Virus record (IMG/VR): IMGVR_UViG_3300011339_000926
Location: 1 to 29,468 of that record
Strand: one strand, 5' to 3'
Origin: a virus
Lineage: Duplodnaviria > Caudoviricetes
Length of the DNA stretch: 29,468 nucleotides
Positions 8,837 through 17,092 of the stretch are shown here, piece after piece. The number at the start of each line of letters is the position of its first letter. The first letter of the stretch is position 1. The notes beneath the pieces are model-generated. The model had not been told where the DNA came from and did no database searches. It was given only the letters and a program-made list of their open reading frames with translations. The translations under genes and the position numbers were made by a program.

Positions 8837-10078
8837 TTATGCAGCGTTAACTACACCAGTAACAAGTACGTTTTTACCCGGAGCCATACAGAATAGGGCT
8901 TGGTCAGTGAAAAGACGTAGTTCGTAAGCAGCTGAGTTTTCAAGATCACGGAAGAACTCATCGCCATAACCCGGACGCTTGAAGCTGATATCAGAAGAAC
9001 CAACTCTCATAAATTCATCCATAGCAAGCATGAAACAATATCCTTCTTTGATATAGATAGAAGGGATAATTTCTAGCTCACCATTCTGAGAATGGAACTT
9101 CAATGATTTAGCACCGTTTTGAAGTTGAGCAGAAGAGTAAGATTGATCATACATGCGTAGAGCAGCTTGATCTTGAAGAAGATCTGCCCATCCACGAGGG
9201 TTAACGAATACTGAAAGTTTAGAATCCAAACCTTTTTCTACGGCTTTTGAAGCAGCTTTAGAAAGTTTAGCAAAAGAAAGAGCACCAGCAGCATCGTAGC
9301 TGTTAGCTTTCCAAAGATTATAAGTACCAGCATTGATGTTGAATAAAGTACCTGTGTTAGAAAGAATTGCATGGATACCAGCAAATTCATTTCCACGAGC
9401 ACCTTTATGGAAGATAAGATCATTAGTAGTTACACCAGCAGCTTGAGCATTAGCAGAAACTGTGATTGTACGAGCGTCCATATCAACTGAAGTGATTGTG
9501 AATTCGCCACGCACTACTGAACCAGCAGAGTCAACGATTTCAATTGGCATACCTTCGCCCCCTGCCCAAATTCCCGGAGCCCATTCAGCAGTCTTAATTG
9601 TGATTACAGAACCAACTGCAGCAGCAGAAACTTGTCCATAACCTTTTTGACCGTATAGAAGGTGAATTTCTAATTTTTTAGACATAGAACGAAGCATGTT
9701 AGCTACGATATATTTTGTAGCATCCATAAAAGCATTCTTTCCGCCAACTGAACGAGAAGCAGCTGTATAACCAAGAAGTGAACGCATAACCATTGGGTTA
9801 CCACGAACTTGAGCATCTTTAATTACACCAGCAACAGGTGGGTTCAAGTTGAAAGCATCGTCATCAGAAGAAGCAAAAGTAACACCATGCTCCATACCAA
9901 GAATTACAGGTTGGTGAAATAGATTACCACCTTGTTTTTCTTTTCCAATGAACTTGATCATATTAACAAGTTTAAGACCTTCTGGAATTAACTCTTGTAA
10001 TTTATCAGCATATACTTCTTTAAAAAAACCATTTAGGTTACCAACAACGTCGGTCGAAAATTTATTACTTGTAGACAT
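8837..10078 (-). CDS. Major capsid protein (HK97 fold)
   Basis: 413 aa, downstream of the scaffold-like gene and followed by a strong terminator. Starts LNGFFKEVY and ends ...APGKNVLVTGV, with strong SD AAGGA. Confidence 0.8.
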   Translation of the reverse strand: MSTSNKFSTDVVGNLNGFFKEVYADKLQELIPEGLKLVNMIKFIGKEKQGGNLFHQPVILGMEHGVTFASSDDDAFNLNPPVAGVIKDAQVRGNPMVMRSLLGYTAASRSVGGKNAFMDATKYIVANMLRSMSKKLEIHLLYGQKGYGQVSAAAVGSVITIKTAEWAPGIWAGGEGMPIEIVDSAGSVVRGEFTITSVDMDARTITVSANAQAAGVTTNDLIFHKGARGNEFAGIHAILSNTGTLFNINAGTYNLWKANSYDAAGALSFAKLSKAASKAVEKGLDSKLSVFVNPRGWADLLQDQAALRMYDQSYSSAQLQNGAKSLKFHSQNGELEIIPSIYIKEGYCFMLAMDEFMRVGSSDISFKRPGYGDEFFRDLENSAAYELRLFTDQALFCMAPGKNVLVTGVVNAA

Positions 10079-10098
10079 AATTTAATCCTTTTTATTTA

Positions 10099-10455
10099 TT
10101 ATTCAGCAACTTTATAGCAAAACTTTACACAAACAGAAGAAAGTCCAGTACCATCAACAGTTACCGAGATTTTCTTAGAAGTAGAAATATCAGGGGCTGC
10201 TGCAGTAGCAACAATTGCTCCAGTAGCGCGATTTCTAACTTCAGCGAAAAAACATTTTGAGATTTCTTCACCAACTTCAAGTGTAATTACTCTTGCTGTC
10301 AAAACTCCAGAAATTGAAACAATAGATGGAGAATCTGAAGATGCAGCTTTAAGACCAGCATCGGAAGCAGTTAAGTTACATTCAGCAACGATTTCTTGAG
10401 CTTCAAGCTGTCTTGATAATACAGGAGAGCTTTTAGCCTGATACGAAATAGACAT
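10099..10455 (-). CDS. Putative capsid decoration/minor head protein
   Basis: Small beta-rich A/S/V-rich ORF directly upstream of the capsid gene, SD AAGGA. Confidence 0.5.
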   Translation of the reverse strand: MSISYQAKSSPVLSRQLEAQEIVAECNLTASDAGLKAASSDSPSIVSISGVLTARVITLEVGEEISKCFFAEVRNRATGAIVATAAAPDISTSKKISVTVDGTGLSSVCVKFCYKVAE

Positions 10456-10603
10456 ATTAATTTCCTTTTTTGTTATTAATTAAATTAAATAGCCTGTTAT
10501 TTTCGCTTACCCTGCTTTGGTACTGCCATTTCATTCCTTGGTTTAGGTTAGAAATTAGCCGATCTCATGTCATTCCAGCTAAATATCATAGATATTTTAT
10601 ATA

Positions 10604-10612
10604 AGTTGTTAA
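10604..10612 (-). promoter_or_regulatory. TTAACAACT motif (putative late promoter of the decoration/capsid unit)
   Basis: Exact intergenic copy followed by a ~145-nt leader. Confidence 0.6.
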
Positions 10613-10619
10613 ATTATTT

Positions 10620-10979
10620 CTATTTTTTCTTACTTTTTTCATATCTTTCCAATAACCTACGACCTTTAGCGGCTAACTCTGCAGCATCACTAGCATTTTG
10701 TGGCACTGGTTCGCCCCAAGCAGCAGCAGAAAGAGCAAGTCTCGTTGGCTCACCCTTATCATTTTTCATAGGACCAGAAGGATTTGTAAAGAAACGTGTT
10801 AAAAATGAACCCTTTCTACGTAGTTTTTCAGGAGTATCGGCTGCGCCTCTGACTCCGGGCTTTAAATTAGACCCAGTTTTCTTATTGTATTTAGCCCTTC
10901 CGGCGGCAGTTAAGCCGCCTTTGGGGTCTTTATCTTTTTTCGTCATTACAACATTCTTAAGTTTCTTAAATTTTGACAT
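10620..10979 (-). CDS. Basic phage protein, DUF6321-like
   Basis: KDPKGGLTAAGRAKYN..TGSNLK...RRKGSF..RF...GPMK..KG.PTRLAL...AW, a pattern recalled from conserved phage proteins. TAATG overlap with the scaffold stop. Confidence 0.6.
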   Translation of the reverse strand: MSKFKKLKNVVMTKKDKDPKGGLTAAGRAKYNKKTGSNLKPGVRGAADTPEKLRRKGSFLTRFFTNPSGPMKNDKGEPTRLALSAAAWGEPVPQNASDAAELAAKGRRLLERYEKSKKK

Positions 10980-11917
10980 TATACACCAAAAAAGTCTCTA
11001 AGGGTTTGTTTTTTCTGTTCTTTAACTTCTTCTTTCTTTTGAGCACCAACATCTTTTACAGAAGCCTTAACAGGAACAGGTGCTTTAGCAGAAGCTACAC
11101 GTTTTTTACGTAATTTTTCAATATTTGATTTACCAAGAATCTGTTCAATAACCTCGGCTGGCATAACTTGGAACATTTCTTGTATATCATTTTGAATTTC
11201 TTCACGAATTAGAGGAATAACATCCTTAGGTTCAACATCAATTCCATTCTCAATTCCCAACATGAGATATTCTGTCATCTTTTTAACTACATACGGGGAT
11301 TTTGGAAGATCAGATGATTCAATAGCCGAAGACATTAGATTGTCGTAACGCTCGTACTCACGTTCTGTAAGTCTTTCAAGTTCACGAGCACTCATTTCTT
11401 CTTTTTCACGCGCTCTTTCTGCTTTAAGTTCTTCTAATTCACGCTGTAAAGCTTCTTCTTTGATTTGTTCTGGAGTTTTTTGAGCCTGTTCGATTTCTTC
11501 TTGTAGAATTTCTGCAGCAAATTGCTTAATATCTAATCCAATTGCTGGGTTTGACAGAGCTTTTTTAGGATTTTTACGTAATTCTTGAATAAATGCACCA
11601 ATTTCACGCTCTAACTGACTATATTCATTAGCTTTATGATCAGCAAGCATTGCTTTTTGGCGTTGTTTTACTAACCAATCAGCATGTGCTTCTTCTATTT
11701 CAAATGGAAGATCTTCTTCAATTTCTTTTCCATTAAATTTTAGCTTTAATTTCTTGATTTTTTTGACTTCAGCTGGGGTTAATTCTTGTTCTATTTCAGA
11801 ATCATCGCCAGCTTCTAAGTTCTCAGCATTAGATTCAGTTGATTCAGAAGATTCTAGAGAAGCTCCTCCTCCGTCAATGTCACCAGCTTCATTTCTTAAT
11901 TCAAAACGTCTAAACAT
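10979..11917 (-). CDS. Capsid scaffolding protein
   Basis: Acidic disordered N-terminus, KLKFNGKEIEE motif, long E/K-rich coiled coil, short C-terminal helix (TLRDFFGV); lies upstream of the capsid gene. Confidence 0.7.
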   Translation of the reverse strand: MFRRFELRNEAGDIDGGGASLESSESTESNAENLEAGDDSEIEQELTPAEVKKIKKLKLKFNGKEIEEDLPFEIEEAHADWLVKQRQKAMLADHKANEYSQLEREIGAFIQELRKNPKKALSNPAIGLDIKQFAAEILQEEIEQAQKTPEQIKEEALQRELEELKAERAREKEEMSARELERLTEREYERYDNLMSSAIESSDLPKSPYVVKKMTEYLMLGIENGIDVEPKDVIPLIREEIQNDIQEMFQVMPAEVIEQILGKSNIEKLRKKRVASAKAPVPVKASVKDVGAQKKEEVKEQKKQTLRDFFGV

Positions 11918-11930
11918 ACAACTTCCTTTC

Positions 11931-11978
11931 TCCCGTCAAATGATAGGGATAAATTAACCGTCCTTAATTGGATAGGTT
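11931..11978 (-). promoter_or_regulatory. Twin bulged RNA hairpins in the scaffold 5' leader
   Basis: AACC-UA-UCC-AAUUAA-GGA-C-GGUU and UCCC-UA-UC-AUUU-GA-C-GGGA share the same UA/C internal loop. The second abuts the SD region. Confidence 0.55.
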
Positions 11979-11987
11979 TATATAAAC

Positions 11988-11996
11988 AGTTGTTAT
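11988..11996 (-). promoter_or_regulatory. ATAACAACT variant of the putative late promoter
   Basis: 8/9 match, overlapping the upstream stop codon, 70 nt before the scaffold ATG. Confidence 0.55.
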
Positions 11997-12238
11997 TTTA
12001 AGATATTATGCTGTTTTAAAAATAAAACAATGTATTGTGTATAGGGATGATGTTTTAAATATTGTATAGATGGTTCAATTAAACCATAATTATTTAAAAT
12101 TAAATATGTATTTATTAAAAACATTAAAATTAATAAATATTTATAGATATTTTTACGACGTTTAGTATTACGAATTTTTGTACGTTTTTTGCTTTTATCA
12201 TTTTTAATCACACTTGTATCTCGTACTCTAATTTTCAT
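11993..12238 (-). CDS. Small membrane protein (basic N-terminus, one TM helix)
   Basis: K/R-rich stretch followed by YLLILMFLINTYLIL. Start moved to ATG 12238 (SD AAGGA) because GTG 12286 abuts a terminator U-tract. Confidence 0.5.
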   Translation of the reverse strand: MKIRVRDTSVIKNDKSKKRTKIRNTKRRKNIYKYLLILMFLINTYLILNNYGLIEPSIQYLKHHPYTQYIVLFLKQHNILK

Positions 12239-12286
12239 GATAAATGATTCCTTATTGCTATATAATATAAGTGTGTTATCTGACAC

Positions 12287-12315
12287 AAAAAACCCCTCCT
12301 TTTTAAGGGAGGGGC
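12287..12315 (-). terminator. Rho-independent terminator ending the fibre/spike block
   Basis: GCCCCUCC-loop-GGAGGGGU followed by a U-tract. Confidence 0.85.
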
Positions 12316-12326
12316 TGTAAAATCAA

Positions 12327-13928
12327 CTACTTTAAAATAAAATCAAAAGACTCTGCGTCATCAATTTCACTTCTCTTCATAACTAATAGAGATCTATCAG
12401 AAGTAGAGATAATGATTTTGTGAAGTTGGAATTGATCCCCAGAAACCATTCCACTCTTCAATTTAACTGACTTTTCAGCGTCAAAATCTCTGAATGCAGA
12501 TACAATTCTTTGCGAACTAGACGTTTTTTTGAAGACAAAAGATACAAGGTTCCAGTTAGCCTCATTTGAAAAATCAATATTTTGGGAAACTTTAGACAAA
12601 GCTTTTATCATACCTTTAGACATAGTTACTGACATTGGCTGACCCGCAGTAGTCTGGACAGATGAAACAAGAGTTGTAGTAATAGAAGTATTGCTACCTA
12701 CAGTCATTCCAAATGATTGAGATCCTGTTGGTCCAATTAAGTAACCAGCATTCTCTTTACCCGGAAGAGAGTAGTTTACGTTATTACTAACTGTAGCTCC
12801 AGCACCTCTTGCTCTTAAAGCATATCCGTACTTAAACTCACCATTCATAGTGTTTCCTGTAATAACTGCGTTAGCTGTATCAATAGTAGCCGCTGTATTA
12901 TAAGAAATACCGCTACCAGTTTTACCCTTAACAGTGTTATTTAGGAATTGAGTAGCAGCATTATTTCCTTGAATAACAACTAATTGTCTTGCTACGTTAG
13001 GAAAGTTAAATTGTACGTTTGCAAAAGAGAAAGATCTGCTAGTCCCAACTGCGTCAGGAATGTTTGCTGTAACCGTTACAATATTTCCGCTAATTGAAGC
13101 AACTCTTAAACCCGGAGTAATTTCACTTCCTTGGCTGTTTCCAGCGTGTGGAGCAGTAATACCACTTAGGTCACTGAATTGAATAGTTCTAGCAGAAAGA
13201 ACTGTGCCTGTTTTTGTCATTGTACCAAAAGCAGGAACTTGAGCAGCAGATGCACCAACAAAAGTTTGACCTTGGATTGTGTTTCTACGGATAATACCGT
13301 TACCAACACCAGCTGCAGCGTCAGTCATAATAGCACTTTCGCCTCTTGCCTCAACAACACAATCTTCAAGAACATAGCCAGAAGCCGGAACTTCTCCGTT
13401 ACCTGTGTTCCTAAAGAAAATTGCAGCGTTATCCGCTAAGCATCTAGTTTCTAAAGCTTGAGGTGCAGTGATCTTAAGATCTTTAATAACATGGTTTGCT
13501 CCACGAACTACTACTGCAGAAGGAATTGCAGTCATAACAAGACTTTGATTCGTTCTAGCAGACGTTGTCGCAGCAGAAACAGTAATAGATGTAGGTGAAA
13601 CTGAAGTGATTCTAGTATTAGTAGCTAGACCCAATCCTGAAAGAAATCTACCAACTTTAAACCCCTCAGTACCTGAAGGAAATGATAAAGTGGTAACTCC
13701 AATTAAAAACGTACAAGACTTTGTTACGTTAGATTCTAAAACACCTCTAATTTCTGTCAAACTCTTACCAGCACCTTTAAGAGTAATTCCTGATTTATAA
13801 AAATCAACATTCTCCTCAAAAAGACCAGCTTCAACTTGAACAGTATCACCTGACTGAGCAAGCATCATACCTTGCTGGATAGTCGTTGCTTGACCTGATC
13901 CGTCTTTTTTTACATTAATAATAGCCAT
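12327..13928 (-). CDS. Right-handed beta-helix (pectin lyase-like) spike with C-terminal adaptor-like domain
   Basis: VKKDGSGQATTIQQG...SGDTVQVEAGLFEENV...GITLKGAG is the pectinesterase-like N-terminal pattern, followed by N-ladder repeats (IRRNTI, FLNNTV, ITGNTM). ATG 13928 has SD GAGGAG. Confidence 0.75.
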   Translation of the reverse strand: MAIINVKKDGSGQATTIQQGMMLAQSGDTVQVEAGLFEENVDFYKSGITLKGAGKSLTEIRGVLESNVTKSCTFLIGVTTLSFPSGTEGFKVGRFLSGLGLATNTRITSVSPTSITVSAATTSARTNQSLVMTAIPSAVVVRGANHVIKDLKITAPQALETRCLADNAAIFFRNTGNGEVPASGYVLEDCVVEARGESAIMTDAAAGVGNGIIRRNTIQGQTFVGASAAQVPAFGTMTKTGTVLSARTIQFSDLSGITAPHAGNSQGSEITPGLRVASISGNIVTVTANIPDAVGTSRSFSFANVQFNFPNVARQLVVIQGNNAATQFLNNTVKGKTGSGISYNTAATIDTANAVITGNTMNGEFKYGYALRARGAGATVSNNVNYSLPGKENAGYLIGPTGSQSFGMTVGSNTSITTTLVSSVQTTAGQPMSVTMSKGMIKALSKVSQNIDFSNEANWNLVSFVFKKTSSSQRIVSAFRDFDAEKSVKLKSGMVSGDQFQLHKIIISTSDRSLLVMKRSEIDDAESFDFILK

Positions 13929-13995
13929 AAATTCTCCTCGACCGTGCACGTTTCGGTCAAATTACCGTGCAAAAAGAAAAACGAAATTGTTTTTC

Positions 13996-14340
13996 TTAAA
14001 ATAAAATATCGAATTCCTCAGAATCTAATTGATCCCTTGGAATTTCTAAAAATCCCCCATCAAAGTCAAGAATTTTAACTTTAATAACTTGAAATTCATT
14101 GCGAGCTTTTTCAGATACTAAAAAAGAACCAACCGGGGTTGTTTGGGATGCATCAAATTCCACAATCTCATATTGACTACCTTCTGAACTTTTATATATT
14201 ACATTTATTCTAGACCAATTTATAGAATTTGAAAAATATGGATCTGATTCAACTAAAGGATGTTGTAACAACTCAGATTTATTTAAAGAAAACTGAGCCG
14301 AAATACCTTTTGAGACATTTGGCTTTGTAATTATACTCAT
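13996..14340 (-). CDS. Small structural/adaptor protein, paralog of 16605-17042
   Basis: Shares II.KP, NW..V/I..YKSS.G.Q...FDAS, VSE.ARN.F, D.DG..L.IPR..L...FDI with 16605-17042. Confidence 0.65.
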   Translation of the reverse strand: MSIITKPNVSKGISAQFSLNKSELLQHPLVESDPYFSNSINWSRINVIYKSSEGSQYEIVEFDASQTTPVGSFLVSEKARNEFQVIKVKILDFDGGFLEIPRDQLDSEEFDILF

Positions 14341-14349
14341 AATAAATCC

Positions 14350-16587
14350 TTATATTTTAATAATTAATCGAATATTAGCGTTACTGTCTGGATTTGGAAG
14401 GTTAAACGTAGTTGAACCATTTCCAGTTCCATACGTAGTGCTAATAACCGCAAATAAAGCAGAATACGTACTACGACTTACAGCAGACCCATCACAAAGT
14501 AAATACCCACTTGGAGCAACAGAACCAGCATACATACAAATAGCTCCAACAGGGAGAGATGCTACTCCAGACAAAGCAGTTGAAATTGATGCATCTGTAT
14601 AACTTCTAGCACTTTGCAAGGTTGTTACATCCGCAGCACTTCTAGCAGATTGCTCTGTTAAAATATTAGAATCTGTATATGATTGTGCGGAAGATAAAGT
14701 TGAACTATCTCCTGCAATTCTAGCAGATACTTCAGCTGTAATTTGAGATTGAAGAGAAACTTCAACACCTTCTGCTCTGATTTGTTCTTGTCCAATCATC
14801 TCTTGAACACTTTCAATAGCTGCTTCACGCTGATACATTTCATTGTTTACATCAGCAATACGATTGGATACTTCAGCTGTAATTTGTGATTGTAAAGAAG
14901 CTTCTATTCCCACAGCTCTTGAAATTTCTTGAGTTATCTGGGACTGTAACGAGGAATCAGCTGAAATACGAGCCGACTGTTCTACTGAAACTGCAGCTTG
15001 TCTTGACGTAATTTCTGCGTTAAGATTGTTTGTAGTTGTAGTAGTTAAAGTTGTAATTGCTCCAGATAAGCTGTCATCTGCAGCTTCAAAAGCAGCAACA
15101 AGCTCTGTCAAAGAATCTAAACTAGCTGGATCGATGTTTGAAAGAACATTATCAATTCTTTGTCCTAAAGCAGCCTCGGCAGATAAAGCTCTACTTTCTT
15201 CATTTTCAATAGCACTTTGTAGAGAAGAATCTGCAGAAGCTCTTGCACTCTCTTCTATATCAACAGACGAATCAACATAATTTGTTGTTGCAATAAGATA
15301 ACCACCTACAGTAGCACCTTCTTGCAAATCAAGCTCACCATTCTCATTAGAAGAAATTGTAGTTTCTCCTAGAATAATAGTATTCCCACTTAAGTATAAA
15401 TCTCTGAATCTGTAATCCGCACTACCTAAATCATAAGTAAGAGTTTCTCTTGGAATAATATGTCCAGTAGTAGCGTTATAAATTGCAGCAGTACGATCAG
15501 AAACTTCTTGAGAGATAGCAGCTTGCCTGTCCGAAACTTCCTGAGAAACTTGAGACTGGAGGGAACTCTCGACAGATAAAGCTCTAGACACTTCAGAATC
15601 TAAGCTTGACTGAAGAACTGAATCTCCAGATTGACGCAAAGAAGCTTCTCCAGATACTGCAGAAATTCTATCAGAAATTTCTTGGCTAATCTGAGATTGT
15701 AAAGATGATTCTACGGCAATTGCTCGTGATTCTTCCGCACTTACGGCAGATTGTCTATCGGAAATCTCTTGAGTAATCTGACTTTGCAAAGAGCCTTCTA
15801 CTGCGATTGCTCTAGATGTTTCTGAACTTAAGCTATTTTGTAAAGATTGATCTGCAGAAACTCTGTCAGAAACTTCCTGAGAAATTTGACTTTGCAGACT
15901 GGAATCTGCTGAAACTCTAGAAGATTGTTCAGAAGAGATAGCAGACTGTCTAGATGTAATCTCAGCATTCAAACTATTGGTTAAATTACTAGCTAAAGTG
16001 GTAATTGCTCCAGAAAGACTATTGTCTGCTGTTTGAAAAGCAGAAACTACTTCAGTAAAAGAATCTAAAGCAGCTGGATCTACGTTGCTTAAAAGAGCAC
16101 TTATTTGTAGTTGTATATCAGAAACCTCTGAATCTACATAACTTTTTGTAACAGGATCAGCCTCTAAAGAACTGACGCGAGAAGCTAAAGCCTGTCTGTC
16201 AGATACTTCTTGAAAAATCTGATTTTGTAAAGAACTTTCTGCATTTACTGCTCTACTTGATTCTACACTAACGCTCGACTGTATGCTAGAATCTGCAGCA
16301 ATTCTGTTAGAAATTTCAGCTGTAATTTGATTCTGTAATCCAGATTCTGCGGAAGTTGCTCTTGCAGCTTCAGCATTAACTAAAGATTGTGCTGTTGAAT
16401 TTGCAGCACTAATTGCAGCAGCCTGAGCTTCACTAGCTTTATTATCTGCGTAAGTCTTTAAAGGAGCTTCTACTACAGAAGCCTTAATAGACTTAGACAA
16501 TCCGTTTGCACTTACGTAAAGCAAGTCATTCGGATCTAAGCTGGTAAGCTTTTCAGGTAACTGCGTTAATTTTTTATTTTCACTCAT
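14350..16587 (-). CDS. Coiled-coil fibre protein with C-terminal tail-collar domain
   Basis: E..SR.AAD.SLQ repeats; two SN(V/I)DPA.LDS.TE motifs; YDLGSADYRFRDLYLSGNTI; collar motif PVGAICMYAG...PSGYLLCDGSAVSRSTYSALFAVI.TTYG.GNGSTTFNLP. Confidence 0.8.
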   Translation of the reverse strand: MSENKKLTQLPEKLTSLDPNDLLYVSANGLSKSIKASVVEAPLKTYADNKASEAQAAAISAANSTAQSLVNAEAARATSAESGLQNQITAEISNRIAADSSIQSSVSVESSRAVNAESSLQNQIFQEVSDRQALASRVSSLEADPVTKSYVDSEVSDIQLQISALLSNVDPAALDSFTEVVSAFQTADNSLSGAITTLASNLTNSLNAEITSRQSAISSEQSSRVSADSSLQSQISQEVSDRVSADQSLQNSLSSETSRAIAVEGSLQSQITQEISDRQSAVSAEESRAIAVESSLQSQISQEISDRISAVSGEASLRQSGDSVLQSSLDSEVSRALSVESSLQSQVSQEVSDRQAAISQEVSDRTAAIYNATTGHIIPRETLTYDLGSADYRFRDLYLSGNTIILGETTISSNENGELDLQEGATVGGYLIATTNYVDSSVDIEESARASADSSLQSAIENEESRALSAEAALGQRIDNVLSNIDPASLDSLTELVAAFEAADDSLSGAITTLTTTTTNNLNAEITSRQAAVSVEQSARISADSSLQSQITQEISRAVGIEASLQSQITAEVSNRIADVNNEMYQREAAIESVQEMIGQEQIRAEGVEVSLQSQITAEVSARIAGDSSTLSSAQSYTDSNILTEQSARSAADVTTLQSARSYTDASISTALSGVASLPVGAICMYAGSVAPSGYLLCDGSAVSRSTYSALFAVISTTYGTGNGSTTFNLPNPDSNANIRLIIKI

Positions 16588-16604
16588 TGTTTACTCCGTT
16601 TGTA

Positions 16605-17042
16605 TTATTCTAAAACTAAAAAATCACCAGATTCTAAAAGAAAGTTAGTACCTTCTTCTAATAATAACACAAACTCATCACTATCCGAGTCGCTATATAA
16701 ATCTATATCAAAAGTAACAGTATTTAGATCGTTTCTTGGAATTTTTAAAATTTCCCCATCTAAATCAACAATTGTGATGCTTTCTACTATAAATCTATTT
16801 CTAGCCCTTTCCGAAACTGAAAATGTTCCATATTGAAAATTTGTACTAGCGTCAAAGTTAACATTAACGCGTTGATTTCCAACAGAGCTTTTATAGTTTA
16901 TATAAACATCTTTCCAATTGCTAAAATCAATAAATCTGGAATTTGCAGAAACTACGTGATTGTCTTTTAAATTAGCCTTAAATAATGTAAAGGTAACAGA
17001 AGTTCCTTTATAAATTATTTGCGGTTTTGAAATGATAGCCAT
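16605..17042 (-). CDS. Small structural/adaptor protein with C-terminal LLEEG..FLLESG..LVLE motif
   Basis: Paralog of 13996-14340 with an acidic-hydrophobic C-terminal repeat; SD AAGGA. Confidence 0.65.
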   Translation of the reverse strand: MAIISKPQIIYKGTSVTFTLFKANLKDNHVVSANSRFIDFSNWKDVYINYKSSVGNQRVNVNFDASTNFQYGTFSVSERARNRFIVESITIVDLDGEILKIPRNDLNTVTFDIDLYSDSDSDEFVLLLEEGTNFLLESGDFLVLE

Positions 17043-17052
17043 ACAATTCCTT

Positions 17053-17080
17053 AAAAAAAGGAGGGGATAAACCCCTCCCC
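17053..17080 (-). terminator. Rho-independent terminator after the 796-aa fibre gene
   Basis: GGAGGGG-UUUAU-CCCCUCC followed by U7. Confidence 0.8.
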
Positions 17081-17092
17081 TTATTACGTCAA

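Noticed and set aside
10497-10529. uORF MAVPKQGKRK as a ribosomal protein bL32 remnant
   Set aside because: Only the first five residues match and the ORF is 10 aa, so coincidence is likely.
12255-12290. Additional array-type box or sigma70 promoter (GTGTCAGATAACAC)
   Set aside because: The spacer is one base shorter than in the array units and there is no well-spaced -35/-10 pair.
6667-13949. Track start codons at 6699, 12286 and 13949
   Set aside because: Downstream ATGs (6666, 12238, 13928) have clear SD sequences, while the longer starts fall inside promoter, terminator-adjacent or leader elements.
13936-13972. H-type pseudoknot at the spike RBS
   Set aside because: Forming both full stems leaves a zero-length loop 3, which is sterically implausible. 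Kept only as alternative structures.
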